Origin: an uncultured Jatrophihabitans sp.
GTDB lineage: Bacteria; Actinomycetota; Actinomycetes; Mycobacteriales; Jatrophihabitantaceae
Direction: 5' to 3'
Length of the DNA: 64,000 nucleotides
NCBI RefSeq assembly: GCF_964251945.1
Contig: NZ_CAXULP010000006.1
Location: forward strand, 29,945 to 93,944
Shown: positions 1 to 9,309 of the stretch, piece by piece
Numbering within the stretch: position 1 is the first letter of the stretch
Layout: the number at the start of each line of letters is the position of its first letter
Notes under the pieces: model-generated
What the model saw: the letters and a program-made list of their open reading frames with translations, nothing else
What the model was told of the DNA's origin: nothing
Database searches by the model: none
Program-made: the position numbers and the translations under genes

Positions 1-259
1 CCGGATGCGCAAGGCCGGCTTCGACACCATCTGGGGACCGGGCCGGCACGGTCCCGGCGGAAATGTCTTCTGCTACTTCATCGACCCCGTCGGCAACGTC
101 ATCGAGTACACGGCCGAACTGCTGGTCCTCGCCGACGACTGGCAACCGCACTCGTGGGTGCGCAATCAGGAGAACGCCGACGTGTGGGGAACCAGCGGCG
201 GCATCAGTCCCGAGGTCATCGCCGCGATGGCGAACCCGCCCGCGGGCGAGCGCTCGTGA
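1..259 (+). CDS. VOC/glyoxalase-fold (extradiol dioxygenase-like) protein, C-terminal part only
   Basis: WGPGRHGPGGNVFCYFIDPVGNVIEY motif; paralogous to 2157-3092; runs off the window start. Confidence 0.8.
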   Translation, partial: RMRKAGFDTIWGPGRHGPGGNVFCYFIDPVGNVIEYTAELLVLADDWQPHSWVRNQENADVWGTSGGISPEVIAAMANPPAGERS

Positions 260-1302
260 AGGCGATGGTGATCAACGGTTTCGGCGGCCCGGAGGTTCTG
301 GTCCCGGCGGAGCTGCCGCTGCCCGAACCGGGCGCCGACGAGGTGCGCATCCGGGTGCAGGCCATCGCGGTCGCCCGGACGAAGGACGTCGCGGCGCGTG
401 CCGGCCGGCCGCCGTTCGCACCGATGATCACCGCGTTCCCGCACGTGCTGGGCACCGAGCACGCCGGCGTGGTGGACGCCGTGGGCTCAGCCGTGGGCGA
501 CCTGGCGCCGGGCACGCGCGTGGCCGTCTCGGCGGTGCTGTCCTGCGGCAAGTGCCGGGGCTGCGTGATCGGCCACGAAGAGGCGTGCGAGACGTTCGGC
601 TTGATCGGCGTGCACCGCCAGGGCAGCTACGCCGAATACGTCGTCGCTCCCGCCGGCAACGTCCATCGGCTGCCCGACGACGTCGACGCGGCGTCCGCCG
701 CGGCGGTGGCCGCGAACGGCCCGGTCGCCCGCGCTCAGCTCGACGCGGGGCTCGTCGGCGAAGGCAGCACGGTGCTCGTCATCGGCGCCGGTGGCGCGTT
801 GGGCTCGATGGCGGCCACGATGGCGGCCTGGCGCGGCGCGCGTGTGATCGGCGTCGACCGGCTGGCCGACCGTCCCGACCGGCTCGACGGGCTGCCGCTC
901 GCGGCGAGCGTCGACGGCGACGCCGAGCAGCTCCCCCAGCTGATCGCGTCCGCGGCCGGCAGCTCAGGCCTGGACTGCGTGATCGACAACCTCGGCCTGC
1001 CGGCGGTCTGGACCGCCTACCGGCCAGCCGTCGCCTACCTGGGCCGCATCGTCGTGTCCGGCGCCATCAGCCACGACGCGCTGCCGATGCAGTTGCTGCC
1101 CTTCTACCTGCGCAGCCAGTCGCTGATCGGCGTCCGCACCGGCAACCGCGCCCAGATGGCGGCGGTTTGGCGCGATGTCCACGAGGGATTCCGGCCGCCT
1201 CGCGACCATGTGCGACGGTTGCCCTTCGCGGACGTCTCAATCGCCCACGCCCAGGTCGAAGCGGGCGCCGCGCACGGTCAGATGGTCTTGGAGATGTCGT
1301 GA
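256..1302 (+). CDS. Zinc-binding MDR-family alcohol dehydrogenase/oxidoreductase
   Basis: GTG overlaps the upstream stop (GTGA); structural Zn motif CGKCRGC-x7-C; GAGGALG nucleotide-binding motif; GTE where catalytic GHE is usual. Confidence 0.85.
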   Translation: MKAMVINGFGGPEVLVPAELPLPEPGADEVRIRVQAIAVARTKDVAARAGRPPFAPMITAFPHVLGTEHAGVVDAVGSAVGDLAPGTRVAVSAVLSCGKCRGCVIGHEEACETFGLIGVHRQGSYAEYVVAPAGNVHRLPDDVDAASAAAVAANGPVARAQLDAGLVGEGSTVLVIGAGGALGSMAATMAAWRGARVIGVDRLADRPDRLDGLPLAASVDGDAEQLPQLIASAAGSSGLDCVIDNLGLPAVWTAYRPAVAYLGRIVVSGAISHDALPMQLLPFYLRSQSLIGVRTGNRAQMAAVWRDVHEGFRPPRDHVRRLPFADVSIAHAQVEAGAAHGQMVLEMS

Positions 1303-1322
1303 GTCCGACTCAGGAGGCACCG

Positions 1323-2102
1323 ATGAGCTTGCCGGATCAGGTCGCGTTGGTCACCGGCGCCGCCCGGGGAATCGGGCGCGCGATCGCCGAGGCGCTCGCC
1401 GCAGACGGCGCCGAGGTCGTCGTCGCCGACATCGACGCGGACGAGGCGGAGCTGACCGCCAAGGCGATCACCGCCGGCGGCGGCCGCGCTTTCGCGGCGG
1501 CGCACGACGTGCGCGACGAGCAGTCCAGCGCCGACGTCGTCGCGCGCATTCTCGAGCGGCGCGGCCGGCTCGACATCCTGGTCAACAACGCCGGGGTGGG
1601 TCCGCGACCCGGCCCGTTCCACACGCTCACCGCCGACGAGTACGACCGCGTCATGTCGATCAACGCGCGCGGGCTGTTCCTGACGACGAAGGCCGCGGCG
1701 CCGCCGATGATCGAGCAGCGGTCCGGACGCATCATCCACATCTCGTCGGTGGTCGCCAAGCGGGCGTCGCCGAACATCCTTCCCTACGCCGCGTCGAAGT
1801 GGGCGGTGATCGGCATGACGCAGACGATGGCCCGCGAGCTCGCGCAGTACGACGTCACGGTCAACGCGGTCTGCCCGGGAGTGATCCGCACGCAGCTGCA
1901 CGAGGGCGTCGTGGAGAAGATGTCGACGCTGTACGAAAAGACCGAGGACGACACCTGGCAGATGTTCTACGACCGGATCGCGCTCGGCCGGTTGCAGGAA
2001 CCCGCCGACATCGCCGACATGGTCGCCTTCCTGGCCTCGGCGAAGGCCCGCAACATCACCGGGTCGGCGTTCAACGTCAACGGCGGCATGGAGTTCAACT
2101 GA
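1323..2102 (+). CDS. SDR family oxidoreductase
   Basis: AGGAGG RBS; TGAARGIG, NNAG and YAASK motifs. Confidence 0.9.
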   Translation: MSLPDQVALVTGAARGIGRAIAEALAADGAEVVVADIDADEAELTAKAITAGGGRAFAAAHDVRDEQSSADVVARILERRGRLDILVNNAGVGPRPGPFHTLTADEYDRVMSINARGLFLTTKAAAPPMIEQRSGRIIHISSVVAKRASPNILPYAASKWAVIGMTQTMARELAQYDVTVNAVCPGVIRTQLHEGVVEKMSTLYEKTEDDTWQMFYDRIALGRLQEPADIADMVAFLASAKARNITGSAFNVNGGMEFN

Positions 2103-2156
2103 CGCCGCGAGGTTGAGCCGGCCGCGAGTCAGCTGACCCCCTGCCGCGCGGCGGGC

Positions 2157-3092
2157 TCAGATCGGCGAGCCGGTCCACACGCCGCGGTCCGGGTCGTTGA
2201 ACATCGCCGGGATCATCTGCTCGGTGATCGGGTTCGACGTCCCCCACTGGTCGGCCTCCTCGGGCGTCGCAACCCAGACCCGCGGCTCCCACGCCGCGTC
2301 GTCCTCGATGCGTTCCAGCTCGGTCGTGTACTCGACGATGTTGCCGTTCGGGTCGAGGAAGTAGGAGAACGTGTTGTCCCCCGCGCCGTGCCGGCCCGGT
2401 CCCCAGATCGGCGGCCGGCCGGACCGCTTCATCCGGCCGGTCCCCCGCATGTACTCGTCGATCCCGCGCATCTCGAACGACACGTGGTTCAGCGACGTGT
2501 GCGGCCCGTGCGCGATGGCGAGGATGTGGTGGTCGACGCGGGTGCGCAGGAAGCACATCTGGTCCTCGAGCCAGTCCGACAACCGGAAGCCGAGCAGCGT
2601 CTCGTAGAACTTCTTCGTCGCCACCACGTCGGTGGCGTTGACGACCACGTGGCTGAGCTTCTGCGGAATGGACTCGCGAGGTTCGAGCGGCCGGTAGGGC
2701 CGCTCGGCGACCTCGGCCGACACCTCGATCAACCGCCCGTCCGGGTCGAAGAAGCGCATGCCGTAGCCGCCGCCGGGCGTGCCGAGCTTGTCCGGTTCCC
2801 GGTCAACCTGCACGCCCGCGGCGATCATGCGCTCGGTGACGGCGTCGACGTCGTGTTCGGTCTCGACCGCGAACGACAGCAGGTCGAGCCGCTTCTCCGC
2901 CGCCCGGCGCACCCGCAGGATGTACTGCTCAGGATGGGCAGGCGTCGCGAAGAAGGTGATGTCGGAGTCGTTCGCGACGGGCACCAAGCCCCAGATCTTG
3001 TCGTAGAACTCGACCGACTCCCGGTAGTCGGGCATGGCCAGGCCCACGTGACGCAGGTGCGTGATGGGCGAACGGGTCAGCGGCTCGGACAC
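2157..3092 (-). CDS. Two-domain VOC family protein (extradiol dioxygenase-like)
   Basis: HLRHVGL, LSHVV, HH, LNHVSFE and WGPGRHGAGDNTFSYFLDPNGNIVEY motifs. Confidence 0.85.
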   Translation of the reverse strand: MSEPLTRSPITHLRHVGLAMPDYRESVEFYDKIWGLVPVANDSDITFFATPAHPEQYILRVRRAAEKRLDLLSFAVETEHDVDAVTERMIAAGVQVDREPDKLGTPGGGYGMRFFDPDGRLIEVSAEVAERPYRPLEPRESIPQKLSHVVVNATDVVATKKFYETLLGFRLSDWLEDQMCFLRTRVDHHILAIAHGPHTSLNHVSFEMRGIDEYMRGTGRMKRSGRPPIWGPGRHGAGDNTFSYFLDPNGNIVEYTTELERIEDDAAWEPRVWVATPEEADQWGTSNPITEQMIPAMFNDPDRGVWTGSPI

Positions 3093-3131
3093 CGGCTGTC
3101 TCCTTGGGACGGGTCGCTGCGGGCGACGGTT

Positions 3132-4046
3132 TCAGGCGTAGCAGGCAAGCGGGCCGCCGTTGTAGGCGACCATGTCGCCGAGCGCGGCCGCGATGTCGAG
3201 CGGGTGCCCCGCGGGATCGAGATCGCAGTAGGCGCGGTGCAGGTTGCCGACTATGCGTTCGGCGTCGAGCCACTCGGCGTATTGGCCGAGGTCAGTTTGC
3301 CGCGCCGCGTCGAGCGGCCCGACACCGGCGTCGAGACCCTGTCGCGCGACGCTGAGCACGAAGCGCAGGTAGCCGACGACGGTGTCGATGAGGCTGCTCG
3401 TGCACGGCGCCCCGTGGCCCGGCACGATCACCACCGCCGGATACGCGGCGACGACGTCGGTGAGCACGCCGATCGCCCCGCTGACCGATCCCATCAGCAG
3501 GAACGGCGTTCCGCCGTTGAACAGCAGGTCTCCGCAGAACAGCACCTGCTGCCGGGGCAGCCACACGAGGCTGTCGTTGTCGGTGTGCGCCGGCCGGCCG
3601 ACGTGGCTGACCTCGATCGGGTCGTCGTCGGACCACAGCGTGACCCGGTCGGTGAACGTCAGCGTGGGCGGCGCCAGCTCGATGTCCCCCCAGTCGACCG
3701 GATCCCACACGCCCGGCCGCGGCGGCAACCCGGCCTGCAGCAACGAGGCGCGGCAGTTCTCGTGCGCGACGATGGTCGCCGTGCCGAACAGATAGTTGCC
3801 GAACGTGTGGTCGCCGTGGTGGTGGGTGTTGATCAGCGTCGTGACCGGCGCGCGGGAGACGGTGGCGATCCGCTCGAGGTAGGCCGCGGTGCGAGCTCGC
3901 GTCGAGCACGCGTCGACGCTGATCACCGCCTTGCCGCCGACGACGAAACCGGTGTTGTTGATCCACCATGAGCCGTCAGGCTGGATGTAGGCGAAGACCT
4001 GATCGGCGACCTCCACCAGCTCTGCCGGTCCGAACCCCGCGCTCAC
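3132..4046 (-). CDS. MBL-fold metallo-hydrolase (cyclase-like)
   Basis: THHHGDHTFGN, AHT, GDL and PGHG motifs. Confidence 0.9.
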   Translation of the reverse strand: MSAGFGPAELVEVADQVFAYIQPDGSWWINNTGFVVGGKAVISVDACSTRARTAAYLERIATVSRAPVTTLINTHHHGDHTFGNYLFGTATIVAHENCRASLLQAGLPPRPGVWDPVDWGDIELAPPTLTFTDRVTLWSDDDPIEVSHVGRPAHTDNDSLVWLPRQQVLFCGDLLFNGGTPFLLMGSVSGAIGVLTDVVAAYPAVVIVPGHGAPCTSSLIDTVVGYLRFVLSVARQGLDAGVGPLDAARQTDLGQYAEWLDAERIVGNLHRAYCDLDPAGHPLDIAAALGDMVAYNGGPLACYA

Positions 4047-4088
4047 GTCGGGGTGCTCACGTCGGGCTGCTCACGTCGGGCTGCTCAT
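4041..4088. repeat. 14-bp tandem repeat GCTCACGTCGGGST x3 plus a partial copy
   Basis: Units start at 4041, 4055 and 4069, partial at 4083; fills the whole intergenic gap. Confidence 0.95.
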
Positions 4089-5224
4089 GCTGGCGCGTCG
4101 AGCAACCTGTCGACGGCTCGCGACTGTTCCGGCAGGTGGGTGCGCATCGCCTCCACCGAAGCGGCGTAATTGTCGGCGTTGATCGACATCTCGTTCGCCA
4201 GGATCTGGTGCGACACGTCCTGCACCAGCTTGGCGCGCGGAAACCGGCGCTCGCCGAATTGCCGCAGGGTCTGCTCGATCGGCCCGCCGGCGGCCAGCAT
4301 CTCGGCCAGCACGACACCGTCCTCGAGCGCCATGCCGGCGCCCTGGGTGAGGTGCGGAGCGCACGCGTGCGCGGCGTCGCCCAGCACGCCGACCCGACCG
4401 GCAAACCACGGCAGCGGCAGCATGACGTCGGAGATCGGGCTGTACACGATCCCGGCCGGGCCGCTGATCGAGTCGCGAACGCGCCCGGGCAGGTCGCCGA
4501 AGGGCTCGAGCTGGCTGCGAAGCAGATCGCCCAGCGTCGCCGGATCGTGTACGACATCCGCCGGCTGCGCCGTCACGACGAACATGTACATCGAGTTCTC
4601 GCTCAGCGGGCAGAAGCCGAGCTTGACGCCGAGGGCCTGGTAGACCCGCATTCCGGTGACCTCCGCCGGCCGCGGCAGCGTGATCCGCAGGACGCCGAAC
4701 CCGGAGTGCACCGGATCGTACTGGTCGCCGAAGATCTTGCGCCGCGTCCAGGACTTGATGCCGTCGAAGGCGACCACGAGGTCGTAGGTCTCGTGCCGGC
4801 CGTCGGTCAGCTCGACCTCGACCTCGTCGCCGCGATCGGCGAGGTCGGCGACGCTGGTGTGGTAGCGGATCTTGATGCCGACGTCCTCGGCCCGCTCCAG
4901 CAGGATGCGGTGCAGGTCCAGCCGGGACAGCGCGTTGTTGCAGGGCACGTCCTCGCCGCTGAAGCCGTAGGGGATGTTGACCAGATGCTCGCCGTCGGCG
5001 CCGTAGAAGTCGCACTGGTCGAATTGGTACCCGACGGCCAGGCAGCGTTCGAGGACGCCCAGCGACCTGAGGGCGCGCAGGCTGTTGGCAGGCTGGTTGA
5101 TGCCCACGCCGTAGACCGAGAACTCCGGCTTCACTTCGACGACATCGACGTCGATCCCGCGTTGGGTGAGTGCGATGGCCGCGCCGAGACCGCCGATCCC
5201 GGCGCCGACGACGAGAACTCTCAC
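4085..5224 (-). CDS. FAD-dependent monooxygenase (group A flavoprotein hydroxylase)
   Basis: GGAGG RBS before GTG at 5224; GAGIGG, FDG and GDAAHACAPHLTQGAGMALED fingerprints. Confidence 0.9.
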   Translation of the reverse strand: MRVLVVGAGIGGLGAAIALTQRGIDVDVVEVKPEFSVYGVGINQPANSLRALRSLGVLERCLAVGYQFDQCDFYGADGEHLVNIPYGFSGEDVPCNNALSRLDLHRILLERAEDVGIKIRYHTSVADLADRGDEVEVELTDGRHETYDLVVAFDGIKSWTRRKIFGDQYDPVHSGFGVLRITLPRPAEVTGMRVYQALGVKLGFCPLSENSMYMFVVTAQPADVVHDPATLGDLLRSQLEPFGDLPGRVRDSISGPAGIVYSPISDVMLPLPWFAGRVGVLGDAAHACAPHLTQGAGMALEDGVVLAEMLAAGGPIEQTLRQFGERRFPRAKLVQDVSHQILANEMSINADNYAASVEAMRTHLPEQSRAVDRLLDAPA

Positions 5225-5349
5225 GACCGCCTCCGAGGGATGCTGTAGTGCGACGCCCTGCACGATAGGACGCCGAGGCCATAAGGCACAGACGACCTTT
5301 GCGATGTGCGGCATCGACGCTGTCGATGGAACGCCGTCGTTCTGGGACG

Positions 5350-6282
5350 ATGAGCGGTGTGGACGTGTCCGGGACGCTGCGTCGTGCCGATCTCAACCTT
5401 CTGCTGCCGCTGAACGCGTTGCTCGAGCACCGGCACGTCACCCGCGCGGCAGAGGCAGTTGGGATTGGCCAGCCGGCGATGAGCGCGGCGCTCGGCCGGC
5501 TGCGCCGGCTGTTCGACGACCCGTTGCTCGTGCGCAGCGGTCGGGTTCTCGAGCTGACGCCGATGGGTCAGGCGCTGCTCGAACCGGTCCGGGCCGCGCT
5601 GACCGGTCTGGAGCAGCTGTTCGTGACGACGCCGCGCTTCGACCCGGCCGTCGACTCCCGCACGTTCACCGTCGTGGCGAGCGACTATGTGACGCTGGTG
5701 CTGCTGCGCCCGCTGCTCGAGCTGTTGTACCGCGAAGCGCCGGGAGTGGCCGTCAACGTGGTGCCGGTCGACGGCGCCACCGCGGTGCATCTCGAGCGCT
5801 CGCAGGTAGACCTCGTGATCATGCCGCGCGAGCTGCCGGACACCGGGATGGCCGGCTTCCCGCATCGCGCGTTGTTCACCGACCGGTACGTGCCCGCGGT
5901 CTGGAGCCAGAACCGCGACGTCGGCGACGTCCTCGACCGCGACGCGATCTCGCGGCTGCCCTACATCCAGTTCAACCCGGTCGGCGGGAACGCCGCCTAT
6001 GTCGACGTGCAGCTACGCGCGCTCGGGATCGAGCCGAAGGTCGCGTTGTCGACGCTCAGCTTCACCCTCGTCCCGGCGTTGCTGCCGGGCACCGCGCTGT
6101 TCGCGTTCGTGCACGAGCGGCTCGTCGCGGCGTCGCACGTGCGCCGCGATCTCAAGATCCTCCAGACAACGGTGCAGCTGGCGCCGATCGTCGAGACGAT
6201 GTACTGGCATCCGGTGCTGCACAGCGACCCGGCGCACCTGTGGCTGCGCGAACGGGTGGCGACGCTGGCGGCGAACCTGTGA
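5350..6282 (+). CDS. LysR family transcriptional regulator (NodD-like)
   Basis: DLNLL...VTRAA...QPAMSAALGRLRRLFDDPLLVR HTH; C-terminal DPAHLWLR; divergent from the monooxygenase. Confidence 0.9.
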   Translation: MSGVDVSGTLRRADLNLLLPLNALLEHRHVTRAAEAVGIGQPAMSAALGRLRRLFDDPLLVRSGRVLELTPMGQALLEPVRAALTGLEQLFVTTPRFDPAVDSRTFTVVASDYVTLVLLRPLLELLYREAPGVAVNVVPVDGATAVHLERSQVDLVIMPRELPDTGMAGFPHRALFTDRYVPAVWSQNRDVGDVLDRDAISRLPYIQFNPVGGNAAYVDVQLRALGIEPKVALSTLSFTLVPALLPGTALFAFVHERLVAASHVRRDLKILQTTVQLAPIVETMYWHPVLHSDPAHLWLRERVATLAANL

Positions 6283-6421
6283 CGCGCGGCGAGCCCATCG
6301 CCGCCGTCGATGACGGATATCGGCGAGCACGTCTTTCCCACCTGGGGTGGTCAGACCTAGGGTCGCGACGTCGGACGAGGTGACCGGCGTCGCATCGCCC
6401 GCCAAGCCCGACGGAGACCTG

Positions 6422-7375
6422 ATGGCTTACCAGCTCGGCACGTTCCAGCCCGCGGTCGGCGACGCCTTCGCCGGCGTGCTGGTGGGCGAGCAGGTGGTGC
6501 CGCTGGCCGAGCTCGGCCTCGGCGCCACGACCGTCGAGGCGCTGCTGGCCGACTGGGCCCAGAGCAGCGCCGCCCTGGACGCCGCGGTCTCAGCGGACGC
6601 TGTGCCGGCGTCGGCGCTGGCTCTGTCGTCGCTGACCGCCGCCGCGCCGTTCGTCCCCAACCAGATCTTTCAAAGCGGCGCCAACTACCGCACCCACGTG
6701 GTGCAGCTGATGGTGGCCGCCGCGGCGGAGCAGGGCGCCGACGATCTGGACGACGTCCGCGCCCGAGCCGTCGCGACGATGGACGAGCGCGCCCGCTCCG
6801 GCACGCCGTACGTCTTCCTCGGCCTGCCTTCGGCGGTGTGCGGACCAGAGGACGACGTCGTCCTGCCGCCGACCGGCGTGCAGCACGACTGGGAGCTCGA
6901 ACTCGGCGTCGTCATCGGCGCGCACGCCTACCTGGTCGACCGGGAAAGGGCGATGGACTGCGTCGCCGGCTACGTCGTCGTCAACGATCTGAGCACGCGC
7001 GACCGGATCTTCCGGCCGGACATCCCGTCGCTCGGCACCGACTGGCTGGCGGGGAAGAACGCGCCGACGTTCCTGCCGCTCGGACCGTGGGTGACGCCCG
7101 CCCAATTCGTGCCCGACCCGATGGATCTGCGTATCCGCCTCTCGCTCAACGGCGAGGTGATGCAGGACGAGTCCACCGCCGACATGATCTTCGACATCCC
7201 GCGCCTGATCGAGCACGTCAGCGCCATCACCCCGCTGCGCCCCGGAGACCTGCTGCTCACCGGCTCGCCCGCCGGCAATGGCGCGCACTACGGGCGCTAT
7301 CTGCGGGCCGGCGACGTCATGGAAGGCGCCATCACCGGCCTGGGCACGCAGCGCAACCGGTGCGTGGTCCGGTGA
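6422..7375 (+). CDS. Fumarylacetoacetate hydrolase family protein
   Basis: GANY, DWELELGVVIG, NDLS, GK and TGSPAG motifs. Confidence 0.9.
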   Translation: MAYQLGTFQPAVGDAFAGVLVGEQVVPLAELGLGATTVEALLADWAQSSAALDAAVSADAVPASALALSSLTAAAPFVPNQIFQSGANYRTHVVQLMVAAAAEQGADDLDDVRARAVATMDERARSGTPYVFLGLPSAVCGPEDDVVLPPTGVQHDWELELGVVIGAHAYLVDRERAMDCVAGYVVVNDLSTRDRIFRPDIPSLGTDWLAGKNAPTFLPLGPWVTPAQFVPDPMDLRIRLSLNGEVMQDESTADMIFDIPRLIEHVSAITPLRPGDLLLTGSPAGNGAHYGRYLRAGDVMEGAITGLGTQRNRCVVR

Positions 7376-8382
7376 GCCGGCCGCAGACCGTCGACGTGCA
7401 CGCCCACGTGGACGTGCCTGCGATCGAGGAGCTGGTCGACGGCCAGCCGGGGCTCGCCGCCGAACGCGCCGCGCAGCTTGCCACGTTCGGCGCCGAGTCC
7501 ACCGCGCGGAACATCGAGCTGGCGAACACGTCGTACCAGCCGTTCCTGACGACGCCGGCCGCCCGGCTGAGCCGGATGGACGCCGGCGGCATCGACGTGC
7601 AAGCGGTCAGCGTCGTGCCCACGCTCTACCACTACTGGGCCGACGAAGCGCTCGCCGCCGACCTCGTCGCCGCCGCGAACGGGCACATCCTCGACCTCGT
7701 CGCGCTCGAACCCCGGCGTCTAGTCGGGTTGGCCACGGTCTCGCTGCAGCATCCGGCGCTCGCCGTCGATCAACTGCGCCAGGCGTTCACCGCGGGCATG
7801 CGAGGAGTGCAGATCTCGACCTCGGTCGCCGGCCGGGAGCTGTCCGACCGATCGCTCGACCCGTTCTGGGCCGCCGCCGAGGAGCTCGGCGCGTTCGTCT
7901 TCATCCACCCGTGGGGGTGCAGCCTCGGATCGCGATTGGCGACCTCCTACCTCGGCAACATCGTGGGCAACCCAACCGAGACGACGCTGGCGCTGACGCA
8001 CTTGGTCTTCGGCGCGGTGTTCGACCGGTTCCCCAGGCTGCGGGTGTGCGGCGCGCACGGGGGCGGGTACTTCCCGCACTATCTGGGCCGGGCTGACCAC
8101 GCCTACCAGGTGCGCCCGGAGAGCCGGACGATGAGCCGGCCGCCGAGTGAGTACCTGGACAGCATCTGGGTGGATTCCCTGGTCTACGAGGCCGACATCT
8201 TGACCGCGCTGGTGAAGGTGCTGGGCGCCGAGCACGTCGTGCTCGGTTCGGACTACCCGTTCGACATGGGCGTGCTCGATCCACTCGAGCGGCTGGACGC
8301 CGCAGGGTTGTCGCCAGCGGACCGCGACGCCATCGCCGGCGGCGCCGCCACTCGGCTCTTGAACTTGGCGACGGAAGGCTAG
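7372..8382 (+). CDS. Amidohydrolase_2 family protein (ACMSD-like decarboxylase/hydratase)
   Basis: DVHAH, FIHP, AHGGG and GSDYPFD motifs; GTGA overlap with the upstream gene. Confidence 0.88.
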   Translation: MSRPQTVDVHAHVDVPAIEELVDGQPGLAAERAAQLATFGAESTARNIELANTSYQPFLTTPAARLSRMDAGGIDVQAVSVVPTLYHYWADEALAADLVAAANGHILDLVALEPRRLVGLATVSLQHPALAVDQLRQAFTAGMRGVQISTSVAGRELSDRSLDPFWAAAEELGAFVFIHPWGCSLGSRLATSYLGNIVGNPTETTLALTHLVFGAVFDRFPRLRVCGAHGGGYFPHYLGRADHAYQVRPESRTMSRPPSEYLDSIWVDSLVYEADILTALVKVLGAEHVVLGSDYPFDMGVLDPLERLDAAGLSPADRDAIAGGAATRLLNLATEG

Positions 8383-8385
8383 GAC

Positions 8386-9309
8386 ATGCGCTGGTGCACG
8401 TACTCGACCCCGACCTCCGACCCAGGCGTCGGGCTTGTCGAGGATTCCGTGGTCTACGGCCTTCGCTCACCCGCGACGCTGATCGAGATCCTGGGCTCGC
8501 CCGAGTCGTTGGCGGCAGCGGCTGGATCGGCCCGCACGTCCCCGTCCGAGGTGCTGCCGCTGGCAGACGTGCGATTGCACGCGCCGGTGCCGGTTCCGCC
8601 GTCGGTGCGCGACTTCATGGCCTTCGAGGAGCACGTGGTCACGTCCACGACCGCGCTGGGGCTTCGGGTCGACCCGCTCTGGTACGAAGTTCCGGTCTTC
8701 TACTTCACCAACCCCGCGGCGATCCGCGGACCGCACGACGACGTCCCGATCGCGCCAGGAAGCGCGGCGTGGGACTTCGAACTGGAGATCGCGGCGGTGA
8801 TCGGCACACCCGGCTCGAACATCGCCGCCGACGACGCCGACCGGCACATCGCCGGCTACACGGTGCTCTGCGACTGGAGCGCCCGAGACCTGCAGGAGCG
8901 CGAAATGAGATTGCATCTGGGCCCGGCGAAGGGCAAGGACACCGCCACGAGCATCGGGCCGGTGCTGGTCACCCTCGACGAGCTGGAGCCGTATCGCGCC
9001 GGGAACGCCTACGACCTGACGATGACGGCGACGGTCAACGGAAAGCCGTACAGCAACGGCAACTTCTCGACCATCCACTGGAGCTTCGGCGACTTGCTCG
9101 CGTACGCGTCTCGCGGCACCGAGCTGCGCACCGGCGACGTGATCGGCAGCGGCACGGTCGGCACCGGATGCATTCTCGAGCTGTCCCGCACGCACGGGCT
9201 GGACGCCTATCCATGGCTGGCGCCAGGCGACGCCGTCACGCTGTCGATCGAACACCTCGGCGAGATTTCTGCCTCGGTCACACCGAGCGTCCCTGGACCC
9301 GGCGCATGA
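8386..9309 (+). CDS. Fumarylacetoacetate hydrolase family protein
   Basis: RDFMAFEEH, DFELE, DWSARDLQ, KGKD and GSGT motifs. Confidence 0.9.
   Translation: MRWCTYSTPTSDPGVGLVEDSVVYGLRSPATLIEILGSPESLAAAAGSARTSPSEVLPLADVRLHAPVPVPPSVRDFMAFEEHVVTSTTALGLRVDPLWYEVPVFYFTNPAAIRGPHDDVPIAPGSAAWDFELEIAAVIGTPGSNIAADDADRHIAGYTVLCDWSARDLQEREMRLHLGPAKGKDTATSIGPVLVTLDELEPYRAGNAYDLTMTATVNGKPYSNGNFSTIHWSFGDLLAYASRGTELRTGDVIGSGTVGTGCILELSRTHGLDAYPWLAPGDAVTLSIEHLGEISASVTPSVPGPGA

Noticed and set aside
63-1322. N-terminal extensions making apparent fusion proteins (63-2102, 6838-8382, 8394-10163, 16885-18951, 39305-40477)
   Set aside because: The extensions are Arg/Pro/Gly-rich off-frame reads over neighbouring genes. 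Internal starts with an RBS or RTGA overlap explain the real proteins.
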